This document shows, piece by piece, positions 12,788-24,905 of a stretch of DNA of 64,000 nt. The DNA is from Sporopachydermia quercuum. Lineage: Eukaryota. The first letter of the stretch is position 1. Every line of letters starts with the position of its first letter. Location: the NCBI GenBank assembly GCA_001599295.1, contig BCGN01000005.1, positions 558,001 through 622,000 on the forward strand, given 5' to 3'. A program made the position numbers and the translations under genes. The notes under the pieces are model-generated. The model had not been told where the DNA came from, searched no databases, and saw nothing but the letters and a program-made list of their open reading frames with translations.

Positions 12788-14581
12788 CTTGATTGGTTAT
12801 TATTCTTATTAGTTATCAAACAGCAAGCGCGATCTTGATTTACTCTTTTATTGCTGATTCCCCTGCTGTAAAATGATTCTAAAACCCCATACAAGTCGTA
12901 TCTCTATCACCGAATTAATATGTTGAAAATCCTTAAATAAAAGGTAGACTTGCAAATAATGAACAACACTTGAATGAAATAGCCAGAGATAGAAACACTT
13001 GATAGTCTTGATAGTTTATGTCGCAGTGAATTAAGTCATATTACGTTTATGTTCTGTTATGTCTTTTCTTTGATTTGGCGCTGTTCCGAATTATTTTATA
13101 CAAATATTATCAGTGGAGTCGTTTGAGTTCTGCTACCAGGAAATGCGACAGGTGTTCTGTGACATGACTACAGAAATTGTGACAATGTGACAGTGCATTA
13201 TGGGAGTATGTAATCGAAATATGTGAAGTGAGACGTGAAGGTGGATAGATGGTTGTTAGGATTGGCGGTTATATGTTGTGATAAGGGAGTACGGTTGAAT
13301 AAGTATATAAGATTGATTGAATGTTTAAAATGAAGAGGTTCTTACTATATGATTGGGATTTGTTGGAGCTATGATTAGGTTATGAGGACGAATGTGAGTA
13401 CCTGCTCAATACATTCATAATATTGGCAACTGATGATGTAGATATTATTTGGTCTCACTCAACAAGTATGGTATAGAGTGAATGCTTTCTTTTTACTTTC
13501 ACTGAATTTGTATCCCACTTATCTGAGAATAGCCCTTTATTTTCTTCTTTTAATTAAGACTCTTGTTAATCTATAAAAGAAATCAAAATTTCCTAACAAC
13601 ATTATATGTTATCATTATCTAAGTATTTTTTATTCTCATCTTCTTGTCCCCTTCAAATCAGTATGGAGGAATGTCACGTTTTGTCCCACACCCATTAACC
13701 ACAAGTCAAGCGCAGTCGCGTCTCATGCAGTTATGTATAAAGGAAGTCGATCCAATTTCTCTGAGACAAAATACAAGCTGGGAAACAAAAATAATTATCA
13801 TATAAAAGTAGAAATTTTAAATTATTTGAGTAGTTATCATTCAAGTTGAAATGGGATGTTAAATTGATTACTGTTATGGTTGGTGTTCTAACTAGAATGC
13901 AATGCGAGGTTAAGTTGTGGAGTCATGGAAATGATCGTATGGATAAGAATCTAATCAAACATAACTGCATTGTTTGTCCTATCGTTTGATGTTCATAGAA
14001 TTTGCTAAACAGTCATGATGTGTGTACCGCAGTTAGTTGATCTTAAAGTAGCAGTTGTAAGATTCAATTAATTAAATTGGCCTTAGTGATCCTGATAATA
14101 CCATACCGCATCTCCAATATGTACTTAGGTAGTGATCATCTACTTTATAGGAAACAATCAATCTACCTATTCTCATAAATCATTCACTTACCCATTCTCT
14201 CTTGTTTATCTATCAAGAATAACCATATTTGCATTTTATTATACTATCTGAAAGGACTCTCAGCGTTAATACTCTTTCCCTCTACTCCAATAGTCTCAAT
14301 TTTCTCCTATCTTCCCTTTCCAATGCAATTGCAACAGATCCAATACACTATACAATATATATTCTGCAGAAATTCAATAAATGATTTAACTTACTGGCAA
14401 TAATTATCTATTAGAACAGATACAGTCCAATCCATTAAACAATGGAATTCTAGTTACTATTTATGTATCATCTTATGTGCTTTGTCTTCTCTTCATTATG
14501 GAGTGTCCCGTCCCATTCACCATTTCCTTCTACATCTTTGGTGAACCCAGAAAGTTTTCACTACCAAAAATTTAATACATT

Positions 14582-14587
14582 ACGCGT
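14582..14587. promoter_or_regulatory. MCB element upstream of SPT16
   Basis: ACGCGT about 140 bp upstream of the ATG. It is a single site. Confidence 0.4.
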
Positions 14588-14722
14588 CATAAAAATGAAG
14601 AGCTCATTTCCAATGGTTTAATAGTAGTGACAAGAATCACTTATAATAATAAAAAGATTGAAAAGAATAATAGAAATGTCTGGTTTGAAAAATTGGGATA
14701 ATTGAATATTGGAATACTGAAA

Positions 14723-17700
14723 ATGTCGGATATTTATATTGACCCAGTTGTTTTTAAGAAGAGAGCATATCAAATCCAGAGAAAGCTCCAAACTGGAGAT
14801 GCATCTCTTGGTGAAGCCCAACAGATACTTATTATGGTTGGTAACTCTGATGAAGAGAATCCGTACCAAAAATCATCAGTTCTNCATACTTGGTTGCTTG
14901 GGTATGAATTTCCAGCTACGGGTTTTTTATTTCTCAAGAACAAAATAATCATCATTACAAGTGTAAGCAAGGCAAAGCATCTTCAGGCTATTGCCAAAGC
15001 GTCTGGTGATAATGTGGCAATTTGGACTCGGACAAAAGATGCTGAGCATAACAAGAAGTTATTTCAGGATCTTGTGGCTTTGCTTGAAGATAATGGACCT
15101 GTTGGAATTGTTACAAAAGATAAATTCCAAGGAAAGTTTATCAATGAATGGAATGATGTATTAAAAGAAGCTGGTAAAGATTTCAAATATGTAGACATAT
15201 CACTATGTTTATCATCAGTGATGGAATTGAAAGACGAAGAAGAATTAAAGACGATTAGATTGGCCTCAAAGGCATCTACTGGTATTATGACTAAATATGT
15301 GGCTGATGAAATGTCCACTGCAATTGATGAAGATAGAAAGATATCTCATGCCAAATTCTCTGAGAAAATTGAGAATTTGATTGAGGATGATGANTATTTC
15401 AGTAAAAACTTGAAAGAATTCAAACTTAGCTCTGATTTTGATTTGAGTCAAATAGACTGGTGTTACACGCCTGTCATTGAATCTGGGGGCAAGTACGATT
15501 TGAAACCATCCGCTATCTCTGATGATACCAATCTTACAAGTGGTGTTATAATCACTTTCCTTGGTATCAGATATAAGTCTTACTGTTCAAACATTGGACG
15601 TACTTATTTGATTGATCCAACAAAGGAGCAGGAGGCAAACTATCAATTCTTATATGATTTACAGAAATATGTGTTAACTCTTCTTGTCGATGGTGCAATA
15701 GCTAAGACTATTTACAACAAGACATTAAGCTATATCAAAGAAAAGAACCCAGAACTTGAACCATATTTCCTTAAAAATGTTGGATGGAATATCGGTATTG
15801 AATTCCGTGACTCTACTTTGATTTTGAACCAAAAATGCGACCGTCAATTAAAAGACGGGATGACTCTCAATCTGTCGTTAGGTTTCCAAAATATTCCTGT
15901 ATCTAAGGGATCGAAGAATATGTACAGTTTATTATTAACTGACACGGTTAGGCTGACAAATACGTCGCCAATTGTTTTCACTGATTCTCAGAAATCACTC
16001 GGGGAGATTTCATTCTATTTGGAAACAGAGCCAGAGTCTAAGTCTTCAAAGTCCAATGGAAGTTCTTCTGCCAAAACGTCTAGTTCCAAAGCCAATGTTT
16101 CAGAGAAAAGTAGCAAGTCGAGTAAGGCTGATTCTACTTTGTCTTCATCAAAATCAGAGATTCGGGCAAAAGCTGAACGTGAGATCAGAGAAAGAGAGTC
16201 AAGGATTTTGAAAACAAAACTTCGAACGGAAACTACCAATTATGATGAAGAAGCTGAAACTCGAAGAAAGGAGCATCAAACTCAGTTACATAGCAAACGT
16301 CAGCAAGAAGGTCTTGAGAGGTTTGCTGAAGGTTCAAAATCTCTTGATGGCGATGACAAACCTGTTTTCAAGAAGTACGAGTCATATAAAAGGGAAACCC
16401 AAATTCCTCAACATCTTGTGAAAGACTTGAAAGTAAGTGTTGATCACAAGAATCAAACTATTATTCTTCCTATCAATGGACGGCCTGTTCCTTTCCATGT
16501 CAATTCCTACAAGAATGGAAGTAAGAATGAAGAAGGTGACTACGTTTATATTCGATTGAATTTCAACTCTCCTGGTTCTGGCATTCGTAAAGATGATATT
16601 GTCTATGAAGACCCTACGTCGACATTCTTGAAGAGTATCACATTTAGATCTCGTGATATTGAACGAATGTCTGAAGTCTTCAAACAGATATCTGATTTGA
16701 AGAAGGAATCTTTGAAACGACAAGCTGAAAAGAAGGAAATGGAAGATGTTGTGGAACAAGCGAATTTGATTGTAAGTAAAGCCCGCAAGGCACCACGTTT
16801 AGACTCCGTGTTTGTTAGACCGTCTCCTGATGGAAAAAGAGTGCCTGGTAGTCTTGAAATTCATGAGAATGGTCTTAGATATCAATCACCTATTCGGTCT
16901 GATCACAAGATAGATATTTTGTTTTCTAATATCAAACACTTTTTCTTTCAGCCTTCCGAACAAGAACTCTTAACTTTGATTCATTGTCATTTGAAATCAC
17001 CTATCATTATTGGTAAGAAGAAAAGTCATGATGTTCAATTCTATCGTGAAGCTTCTGACATTACAGCTGATGAGACAGGTAACAAACGTCGTAAATATAG
17101 ATATGGTGATGAGGATGAATTGGAACAAGAACAAGAAGAAAGACGACGCAGAGCAGCTTTGGACAAAGAATTTAAAGCCTTCAGTGAAAAGATTGCTGAT
17201 GCTTCTAATGGTTTGTTTGATGTCGATATTCCATTCCGTGAATTGGGTTTCATGGGTGTTCCATTCAGATCTAACGTTTTGTGTCAACCTACAACAGATT
17301 GTCTTGTGCAACTTATCGATCCTCCCTTCTTAGTTGTTACTCTTTCTGAAATTGAAATTGCTCATCTCGAAAGAGTTCAGTTTGGCTTGAAGAATTTTGA
17401 TTTAGTCTTCGTTTACAAAGATTTCAGCAAGCCAGTAGTTCATATTAACACCATTCCAATGGATCAATTAGAAGCTGTTAAAGATTGGCTGGACGAAGTG
17501 GATATTCCATTCTCTGAAGGTGCTATTAATTTGAACTGGGCTACTATTCTCAAAACCATCACAGCTGATCCTCACCAATTCTTTTTGGACGGAGGCTGGA
17601 GTTTCTTGGGTGGTGACTCTGATAATGAAAGTGAAGAGGATTCCGAAGACGGGGAAAGTGAATTTGAACTGGGAAGTGATGAAGAAGACGACGATGACGA

Positions 17701-17851
17701 TGATGATGACGAGGATGAATCTGATTATGGCACTGACGCTGATGACGATGACAGTGAAGAAAGCGGTGATGATTCAAGTGAAGAAGGTGAAGATTGGGAT
17801 ACACTCGATGAGAATGCTCGAAAAGAAGATGAAAGAAAGGATCGTCAATAA
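14723..17851 (+). CDS. SPT16: FACT complex subunit Spt16
   Basis: [12 protein letters not shown], peptidase-like N domain, [31 protein letters not shown] and an acidic C-tail. The first in-frame ATG is at 14723; the ORF track starts at an upstream TTG. Confidence 0.97.
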   Translation: MSDIYIDPVVFKKRAYQIQRKLQTGDASLGEAQQILIMVGNSDEENPYQKSSVXHTWLLGYEFPATGFLFLKNKIIIITSVSKAKHLQAIAKASGDNVAIWTRTKDAEHNKKLFQDLVALLEDNGPVGIVTKDKFQGKFINEWNDVLKEAGKDFKYVDISLCLSSVMELKDEEELKTIRLASKASTGIMTKYVADEMSTAIDEDRKISHAKFSEKIENLIEDDXYFSKNLKEFKLSSDFDLSQIDWCYTPVIESGGKYDLKPSAISDDTNLTSGVIITFLGIRYKSYCSNIGRTYLIDPTKEQEANYQFLYDLQKYVLTLLVDGAIAKTIYNKTLSYIKEKNPELEPYFLKNVGWNIGIEFRDSTLILNQKCDRQLKDGMTLNLSLGFQNIPVSKGSKNMYSLLLTDTVRLTNTSPIVFTDSQKSLGEISFYLETEPESKSSKSNGSSSAKTSSSKANVSEKSSKSSKADSTLSSSKSEIRAKAEREIRERESRILKTKLRTETTNYDEEAETRRKEHQTQLHSKRQQEGLERFAEGSKSLDGDDKPVFKKYESYKRETQIPQHLVKDLKVSVDHKNQTIILPINGRPVPFHVNSYKNGSKNEEGDYVYIRLNFNSPGSGIRKDDIVYEDPTSTFLKSITFRSRDIERMSEVFKQISDLKKESLKRQAEKKEMEDVVEQANLIVSKARKAPRLDSVFVRPSPDGKRVPGSLEIHENGLRYQSPIRSDHKIDILFSNIKHFFFQPSEQELLTLIHCHLKSPIIIGKKKSHDVQFYREASDITADETGNKRRKYRYGDEDELEQEQEERRRRAALDKEFKAFSEKIADASNGLFDVDIPFRELGFMGVPFRSNVLCQPTTDCLVQLIDPPFLVVTLSEIEIAHLERVQFGLKNFDLVFVYKDFSKPVVHINTIPMDQLEAVKDWLDEVDIPFSEGAINLNWATILKTITADPHQFFLDGGWSFLGGDSDNESEEDSEDGESEFELGSDEEDDDDDDDDEDESDYGTDADDDDSEESGDDSSEEGEDWDTLDENARKEDERKDRQ

Positions 17852-19388
17852 AATTATTTATCAGTTTCCTTTGGATAAAACGATTGTAATTTGTTTTTGC
17901 TTTTGTTTTACTTTCTTGATCTTTGTGTACTTGTACTCATATCTCTTTTTCTTATCTACATAAATTAAGACTTGTTGAGCTTATTGTATTTTATTCAACA
18001 GGAATATAATTTTTGTAATTTAATCAAGATGCTTGATTGCAATCTTGTCTAAACATTATCGCATCAATTGACTTTCATGCGATAGTTTTGTTGTTGACAA
18101 TTCCTTTTTGCACATGGCAACAATTGGCTTGGTCTCAATTAGGCAACCACCGTTTCATAATGCTGATTGTTCAACTGTTTGTTCGTTTAGTGACGCAGTT
18201 GTTAGCTCTAATTAAGGTTCAGAAGATGAAAAGTTAAAGTGAAATAAAGAAGAGGGTCTGTCTTTGTTTTTTGCCATTGATTTAATTTCAGATCTTAACT
18301 TTAAAGAGGGTCTTTATATTTTTATATGAAGGAGTGTCATTGAGATATCTTATCTTGCTAGTGGAATCGGTAATTTAAGATACAATACAAGCCTTGGAAC
18401 TAAAAAGAAACTGTGGAACAATAAACAGAAAATAGTCAAGAAAGCAAAAAATGATAGAAAGGGAAACTAATATATATATAGCTTTTCAAAAATCGTCTAA
18501 TACCTTCAAAAAAATATGCATGTCCTGAGATGTCGTTGTGATGAAAATATCATTGACGAAAATATAGTAGAGAAGAAGGGTTGTACATCTGGTTGCCAAT
18601 TTCACTACTCGTAAACCAGTATGCAGGAAGTAACCACGAACATGGAAAATGCTGTACCTTACATGCAATAATTAATATCATGCCAAAATGAAACATTCTT
18701 TATAAAGCAGTTTATATCATTTATTATTATTATTTTGAAACACTGCCTTTTCATTACTTGCAGAGAAAAGATATCAAAGCATAACAATAATTACCGAATA
18801 CTGCCAGGTTCGAGTTAGGTTGTTGCTTAATAAATTAAATTTCTCAAGAGTCTTATTGTTTCTGGGCATTCCTGTCATAATCTTGGTCTTTCATGCATCA
18901 ACACCTGAACACTATAAAGGAAAGTGTTTCCTCATTTGTTGGTTAATTCTTTTCTTTCATTTCTATTTTATTCTTTCATCTATACATTGATTGTTATGTT
19001 TCATTTTGCTGCTAGAGCTTGGTACAGTGAGACTTGAATTGTTGTGAAGAATTGTAATAGTTCATTGGAAGAATGCGCATAGGTATCACTCATAATACGT
19101 AAATGCATTGGAATAAAAAATACTTTCAATACTTAGTTTATCATTATTGGTTTTGAAAGTTGGTACAATACAGAGAAATGAATTATTTCGTATCTACGTA
19201 GTTAATAATTATTTTTAGACACTAGCAATAAAGAATAGAATCTGCTTATTGAACAGGCTTGAAAAATTAGAAAAACATAGATATCGTGTACATATATATA
19301 TCGCTTTGTATAATAATACTAGCTGAAAAAAATTAAAAATAAAAAAATAAAAATAAAAATAAAAGAAAACTAGAAAGAGAGACTAAGC

Positions 19389-20093
19389 TCAAGAACGGCC
19401 GGGGACAGGTTGTTCGATGACAGGGTCTTCGGGTGCATCATCGTATTGGTTGTTCTTCTCCTCGGTATCCTGGGTTGGTATATCTTGCAAAGGACTATCA
19501 TTATCAGTAGTCGCTTTTTCAGCATCCGTAGTTCTTATAGTTCCTGTAGATCCAGCAGAGGTAGAATTCAAAATTCCTAAAAATCCAACTGGCTCTTTGA
19601 CAAAGATATCCCCGAATGATCTGTGAGTTCTGAAATACCCAACAGAGGAGGCTGAGACAGAAATCAATGTTGCAGTAAATGCCAACCACATGAAGCATGA
19701 AAATGCAATTTCAGCTTTTCCAACAGAACAAACAGTATTACCACCGCAACTTCCTGGTGCTCTCAGATCTGCAACGGCAATGAATCCTGCAAACCAAAAG
19801 ATGGTAAGGATAATTTCTGATAAGAAGGAAGCGAATGGATGAGTAAACTTTGGATAGTAAATAGATGTCAATGAAATATAAATGACGTAGAGGAAAGAAA
19901 TGATGGAACAGAAAAGGACAAAATTATCTCTTGATGTTCCACCATAGGCTGCAATTGCAAATCTACCGTAATAAACGGTTCCGCCATGAATTACTCTAGC
20001 ACTTAATCCAAGCGTGATGATACTGAGAATCAATTGAGTGGCTCTGGCGGCTNTCATGTAGACAGTACCTGTGAGAACTTCACAGAATCCCAT
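19389..20093 (-). CDS. MARVEL-domain tetraspan membrane protein (Nce102-related family)
   Basis: Four hydrophobic segments with the typical pattern RATQLILSIITLGLSA / NFVLFCS / EIILTIFWFAGFIAVA / C-x5-C...KAEIAFSCFMWLAF, followed by an acidic tail. Confidence 0.85.
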   Translation of the reverse strand: MGFCEVLTGTVYMXAARATQLILSIITLGLSARVIHGGTVYYGRFAIAAYGGTSRDNFVLFCSIISFLYVIYISLTSIYYPKFTHPFASFLSEIILTIFWFAGFIAVADLRAPGSCGGNTVCSVGKAEIAFSCFMWLAFTATLISVSASSVGYFRTHRSFGDIFVKEPVGFLGILNSTSAGSTGTIRTTDAEKATTDNDSPLQDIPTQDTEEKNNQYDDAPEDPVIEQPVPGRS

Positions 20094-23000
20094 TTTCTTA
20101 ATTGTTTGTTTTGAAATTGATGAAATCTGTTATAATAATGCTGAAAGAACCAATCGCTATAATTAGAACTATGTTAGCCTCAATTAGCTTTTGGTGTATC
20201 TAGTCAATTGTTATTAAGATGTTGATTCCAGCTTTCCGATTATGAAAATAATTCTCTTCCATCGAAAAGGAACCTGTTTCAGTGAAATCCTTTGAATTGG
20301 GGATTCTGTCCCCCTATATATACATGCCCAGATTTATCATATATGAAATATATTGGTCCCTGATTTACTGTCTATTTGTGATCATCATTAACCTTCATTC
20401 AAAATTAAGAATTGGTTTCAGTACTCCGCAATTCTTCAATAAGGTTGAAACTAAACTGATTTAGTGTTGAATCTTAATTATCACTTAAAAAGAAATCTAT
20501 TTTATGATAGGGAGCTAGAGTTGGGAAATGGATCTAATGATTTAATCTGTCCCGAATGAATGTTGCTCAACCTGTAAACAATATGAGATGAATATAAAAA
20601 ATTGCTATAGAATTCTGTATTTAGTATTTGAGCTACTGTACTTGCTTCAAATGTAGCTTCGAGGCATTTCGAACATTTGAACAATTCCGATAAATTATTA
20701 CCAGGTGTTATGATATTGTGTAATTTTCTCAATTGTGGTCTAGAATGGAATTGCGTGGAGCAGTCAAAAACCTTATTTTGGTTCCACTCTGATTACTGTT
20801 GTCAAAAAAGAACAGGTACCATTCTATCAGGGGGTAAACTTTAATGATATTCCAAAACAATATAAAAGAACCAGTACCAGTGTAATGACAGTAATAGTAA
20901 CTGACAATACAACTTTTATCGATGATGCTGATTTATTCATTACACTAAAGCTTGTTCTCAAAAGTAGTAAAAGCTTAGAAAAGTGATTAGCTAAAGTGTT
21001 TTTGTACTCTCTATCCTTAGACTAAAAACCATTATGAATTCAAACTCAATTACCCTTAATATTATTTTGCCTAAATCCGAGGGTCTACTTTTCAACGAAG
21101 TTTATTTACGGAGAAACTTAGTTTATTATTTTACCAATAATAATATTTTTTTATTAATAATAGGCACGGGTGTCTCAACTTTTCAGTAGTAACTAGAGTT
21201 AACAGTCTAACAGATTCGCAACTTTAATAAAGCATCATTATTGAGGCAGTACTGATTATTCTTAATATTTGTATTGCTTTCCGTTCGAGTACTTGATTGG
21301 AAATTCACATTAGTTTGAAAGATTTCTATAAATAAGAGATAACGAAATGGCGAAGNAATTTAGCTATTCCTAGTGGTGATGATCATGAGTTATTTTTAAC
21401 ATTATCAAACTTCAAACCTGCATGATTGGACGATAAGCTAACTAACATGTGTCTCATATTGGGTGTTACAACTCTAAATAATGAAAATGCGTAAACAACC
21501 ATGAATATCTCAACGTTCATGGTTTAACGATGTTTGAAGTTCAAGAAAGAAGATGTCGGACATCGAATAATAGTGTTCTGAAGTTTCAGTGCGCAAGTGA
21601 AATAGGTAATGTTGGTGTAATAGCAGCAAAATCAATTGAAGCCCTGAGCAATAGAGCTTGCATAATGAAGGAAGTGAGGATTAGTCGTANATATATATGT
21701 TTGTAAAGTGGGAGATGGAATGCTACCAATATTATGCAGAAGCCAGAATCGCTTATTGATACTCGTAGATATCCAAATATACAGAGAAGTAGATCAAAAT
21801 GGTGGACTATCAGTTTTGAAGCAAACATCGTTGTTTGACTATGTTACACTACTAGCTCACTATCTTGCTTTGTTTTCCGAATCATTACTGGTCACTTCGC
21901 CACTACGTTTCGTCTTGTAAGCAAAGGAGCAAGGCTCTATACTGGTATAGTTTTTAACGGTAATCTTTGACCAACTTAATGTATATTTCAGGCGTAAATG
22001 AATGAGTCAGCCGTCCGATAACTAACTTCACTACATGTTGTACTTGTTACACAGCTTTAGCGAGTAGTCCAAAAACGCTTATATCTTTCCTTGATCTGTT
22101 AACTTTCATCCGAAGATCGATCTCATATTGTTCATTAATAATACCTGATCAGATCATTTCCAGTCCTTCCTCTCCGGGTTCCCTTTGGACTACTACTACA
22201 TTATCATTTTTTTATTTATTCCGAAATCAATGGGGTAAATCTTCTCAAGAGCATCTGCTGTCTACAAAAGGTAATCGGTTTTTCGTTTCTTCGTGCCAGC
22301 TAAACCGCATCTAAGTATGATCAATCATATTTACTACTTGAGTAGATTTTCATACTGCGCGCAAATAAAGAAAATATTACCAATATCTCAAGTAAATAAG
22401 GCATAAAATATGAAGGATATTAGAAATTTTGGTTCTTTCATTTCAAAGAGCAATAGGTTAGAATGTGTACCTGGATCATCAACGACTTGTTTAGATCTAG
22501 TGTATTATTTCCTTTCATGTTTAATATCATTCATAGTAGCCCATATGCTGATGAAAAACAATGTCTACTTAGTTAATCCTTTCTTAGTAAACAATTGTAC
22601 AAATCGACAAAATAACTACTGTCAAGGCGGAATAAAAGGTAAGGACTATATTTAAAACAACATGCTTCTTCTTCTACCTTAATTTCAATATTTGATGTGC
22701 ATTGTTACTATACTCGTAGACCTAACTGATCAACGAGTATTGTCCTACTATACGTCCAGAAAGTTTTATCTGTCAGGAGATAAGTTCCCATAACAGATTA
22801 TAGAGAGTAACTTCATTTAAATCTTCAGGATAAAAATGAGAGACTTATAGAATACAATGAGGATAACTCAAAACTGATATGATATGCAAGATACAGCAGT
22901 TAAGATTTAAAAAATGACCTAAAAGATGGACTAAAGATAAACAGATTAGAAGATTGGAGAATTAGAAAAAATTAAAAAATTGAAGACTATAACACTGAAA

Positions 23001-23420
23001 GATTTGAGTTAAAATATTGAGAGATTACAATCAAAATAAGACAGAGTAATCAATGAAGAAAATTAATGGAGGAGAAAATTAATGAATGAACATCTTTCAG
23101 GTAGTAAATTAATGGAACAAATTTCCTCTCGTTTTTACGTTATATTGGTGCTGTTTCTTTTGAAACCGAGCTTCCTTAGCATCAAATTCCCACAATCTCA
23201 TGAGCATATTGGATTATATCAACTCATTGAATGAGTGTGATTGATATTATAATACTTCTCCCTTACCTTTTCTATTATTTTCGTTGGTATTCTGGATTTC
23301 CCACCTTCCAGATACTGTTGATATTTGTTTTTCTTTTCTGTTTAGTTTTCTATTATGTGGGAACCCCTCGTCATAGCTTCCTTTCACTCTTTTCTCAGAT
23401 TTTCCGCTTTTTTCAGATCT

Positions 23421-24905
23421 TCATTTTTCTTTCCTTAGGCGCCCGTCCTCGCCATACAAGTCCTGGCTGTAGTCTGACTGATACTTTTCAGAAACAGAGA
23501 CATTGGGAATGTTAACGATTCGAGGAGAAGTTTGATAACTTTGGTCTGAAATATCCAGCTGTTGGTTCTGTTGATCTTGTTGGAGTTGTTGTTGCTGTTG
23601 CTGCCACGCTACCGGAGGATTTGGACCTGGCGATGATATATAATTGTATCTAAAATTCGAGGAAGGGACAGTTGTCAAGGAAGAAGATGAATGTGAGTTG
23701 TATGAATTGGCATCGGCATCTTTGTCGTTGGAATCATTAGGATAACTGTTAATACTTGTTGAACTGTATGTCCTTTCGGGAATGTAGTTTCTTGATACGT
23801 ATCTTGGTTCTTCAGTGTTCAGATTCTGAGTCCTTTGTTCTTTGGTTAGCTTCCGATCACTTTCCTGGATCTCCTGAAATCGTCGCATAATATCTCTAAC
23901 AAATAATGGATAAAGAAGATCAACAATTCCTTCACGATCAGCCATCTCTAATGCACGCTCATATGGGATCCAAACTCCTTTCAAATGCATAGTTCCTATC
24001 TTCACAACATGTCGAATCCTTTCAGCTTTCAACAATCCATCTCTTCGACCTCTAGTCATCCTCGTGACATTCAAAAGCTTGGTTCCATTTATGAAGTTGT
24101 TGTCATGCCGCCTTGCTACACACACTCCACCAACTTCAACTTGATAACACTCTGTACCTTTGTCCACCCAAACCGTTGTTGAAATTATAGGTCTTGCATT
24201 AGGAGGAGGAAACTGTCCTAAGTTTTCATCGAGAGGTTTTTTTGGTTGATTGGAATAGGATTTATGTCTCCGTCGCCTTGGTTGCCGTATTAGTTGTGGT
24301 GGTAATTGAGCAGGATAACCAAATGAATCGTATAGTGCGTATGATGTAGCCATCGATTCTGATTGAGATTGAGGCTGAGATAGCTGAGATAGCTGAGATT
24401 GCTGAGATTGTGGGTGTATTTGATGTAAATGTTGATATTGTGGTTGATGTTGTTGCTGATGTTGTGGTTGATGTAGTTGATAATAAGGTGATTGATGAAA
24501 TGGTAAATTGACACTTGCCTGAGGATGGGTAAAACTGGGGCCTTGTTGCTCATGGTGTTGNTGTAGTGCTGTAACATTTGTTGATACATTTGAAAAGTGT
24601 GAGTTATCCAAGTCCGTGATCATTGATTGAGATTGAAGCTGATTTTGATATAACATAGACTGTGATGATACTTGCTTTCGGATTTGAGGATTATAATAAT
24701 TCATACCTAGTGATTGGCGCGGTGACATAGGAGGTTGTGTTGGATTAGGATATTGACTTCCCAGTTGATTAGTGATGTAATAGTTTGGAAGGTTTGATGA
24801 CGCTGGCCCATCCTCAGGATTGGTAGCAAATTCGTCTTTATTATTCATTTTCCAGGATGTCGAGATGTCTGTCATCACTTCATCAATGGTAGTACTTGGG
24901 TCCAT
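23421..24905 (-). CDS. APSES transcription factor of the Phd1/Sok2/Efg1/StuA subfamily
   Basis: [47 protein letters not shown]...LYPLFVRDI flanked by Q/H/N-rich regions. It is adjacent to PRI2, as PHD1 is in S. cerevisiae. Confidence 0.93.
   Translation of the reverse strand: MDPSTTIDEVMTDISTSWKMNNKDEFATNPEDGPASSNLPNYYITNQLGSQYPNPTQPPMSPRQSLGMNYYNPQIRKQVSSQSMLYQNQLQSQSMITDLDNSHFSNVSTNVTALXQHHEQQGPSFTHPQASVNLPFHQSPYYQLHQPQHQQQHQPQYQHLHQIHPQSQQSQLSQLSQPQSQSESMATSYALYDSFGYPAQLPPQLIRQPRRRRHKSYSNQPKKPLDENLGQFPPPNARPIISTTVWVDKGTECYQVEVGGVCVARRHDNNFINGTKLLNVTRMTRGRRDGLLKAERIRHVVKIGTMHLKGVWIPYERALEMADREGIVDLLYPLFVRDIMRRFQEIQESDRKLTKEQRTQNLNTEEPRYVSRNYIPERTYSSTSINSYPNDSNDKDADANSYNSHSSSSLTTVPSSNFRYNYISSPGPNPPVAWQQQQQQLQQDQQNQQLDISDQSYQTSPRIVNIPNVSVSEKYQSDYSQDLYGEDGRLRKEK

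Noticed and set aside
18800..18820. GGTTCGAG B-box-like motif
   Set aside because: No cloverleaf or A-box context.
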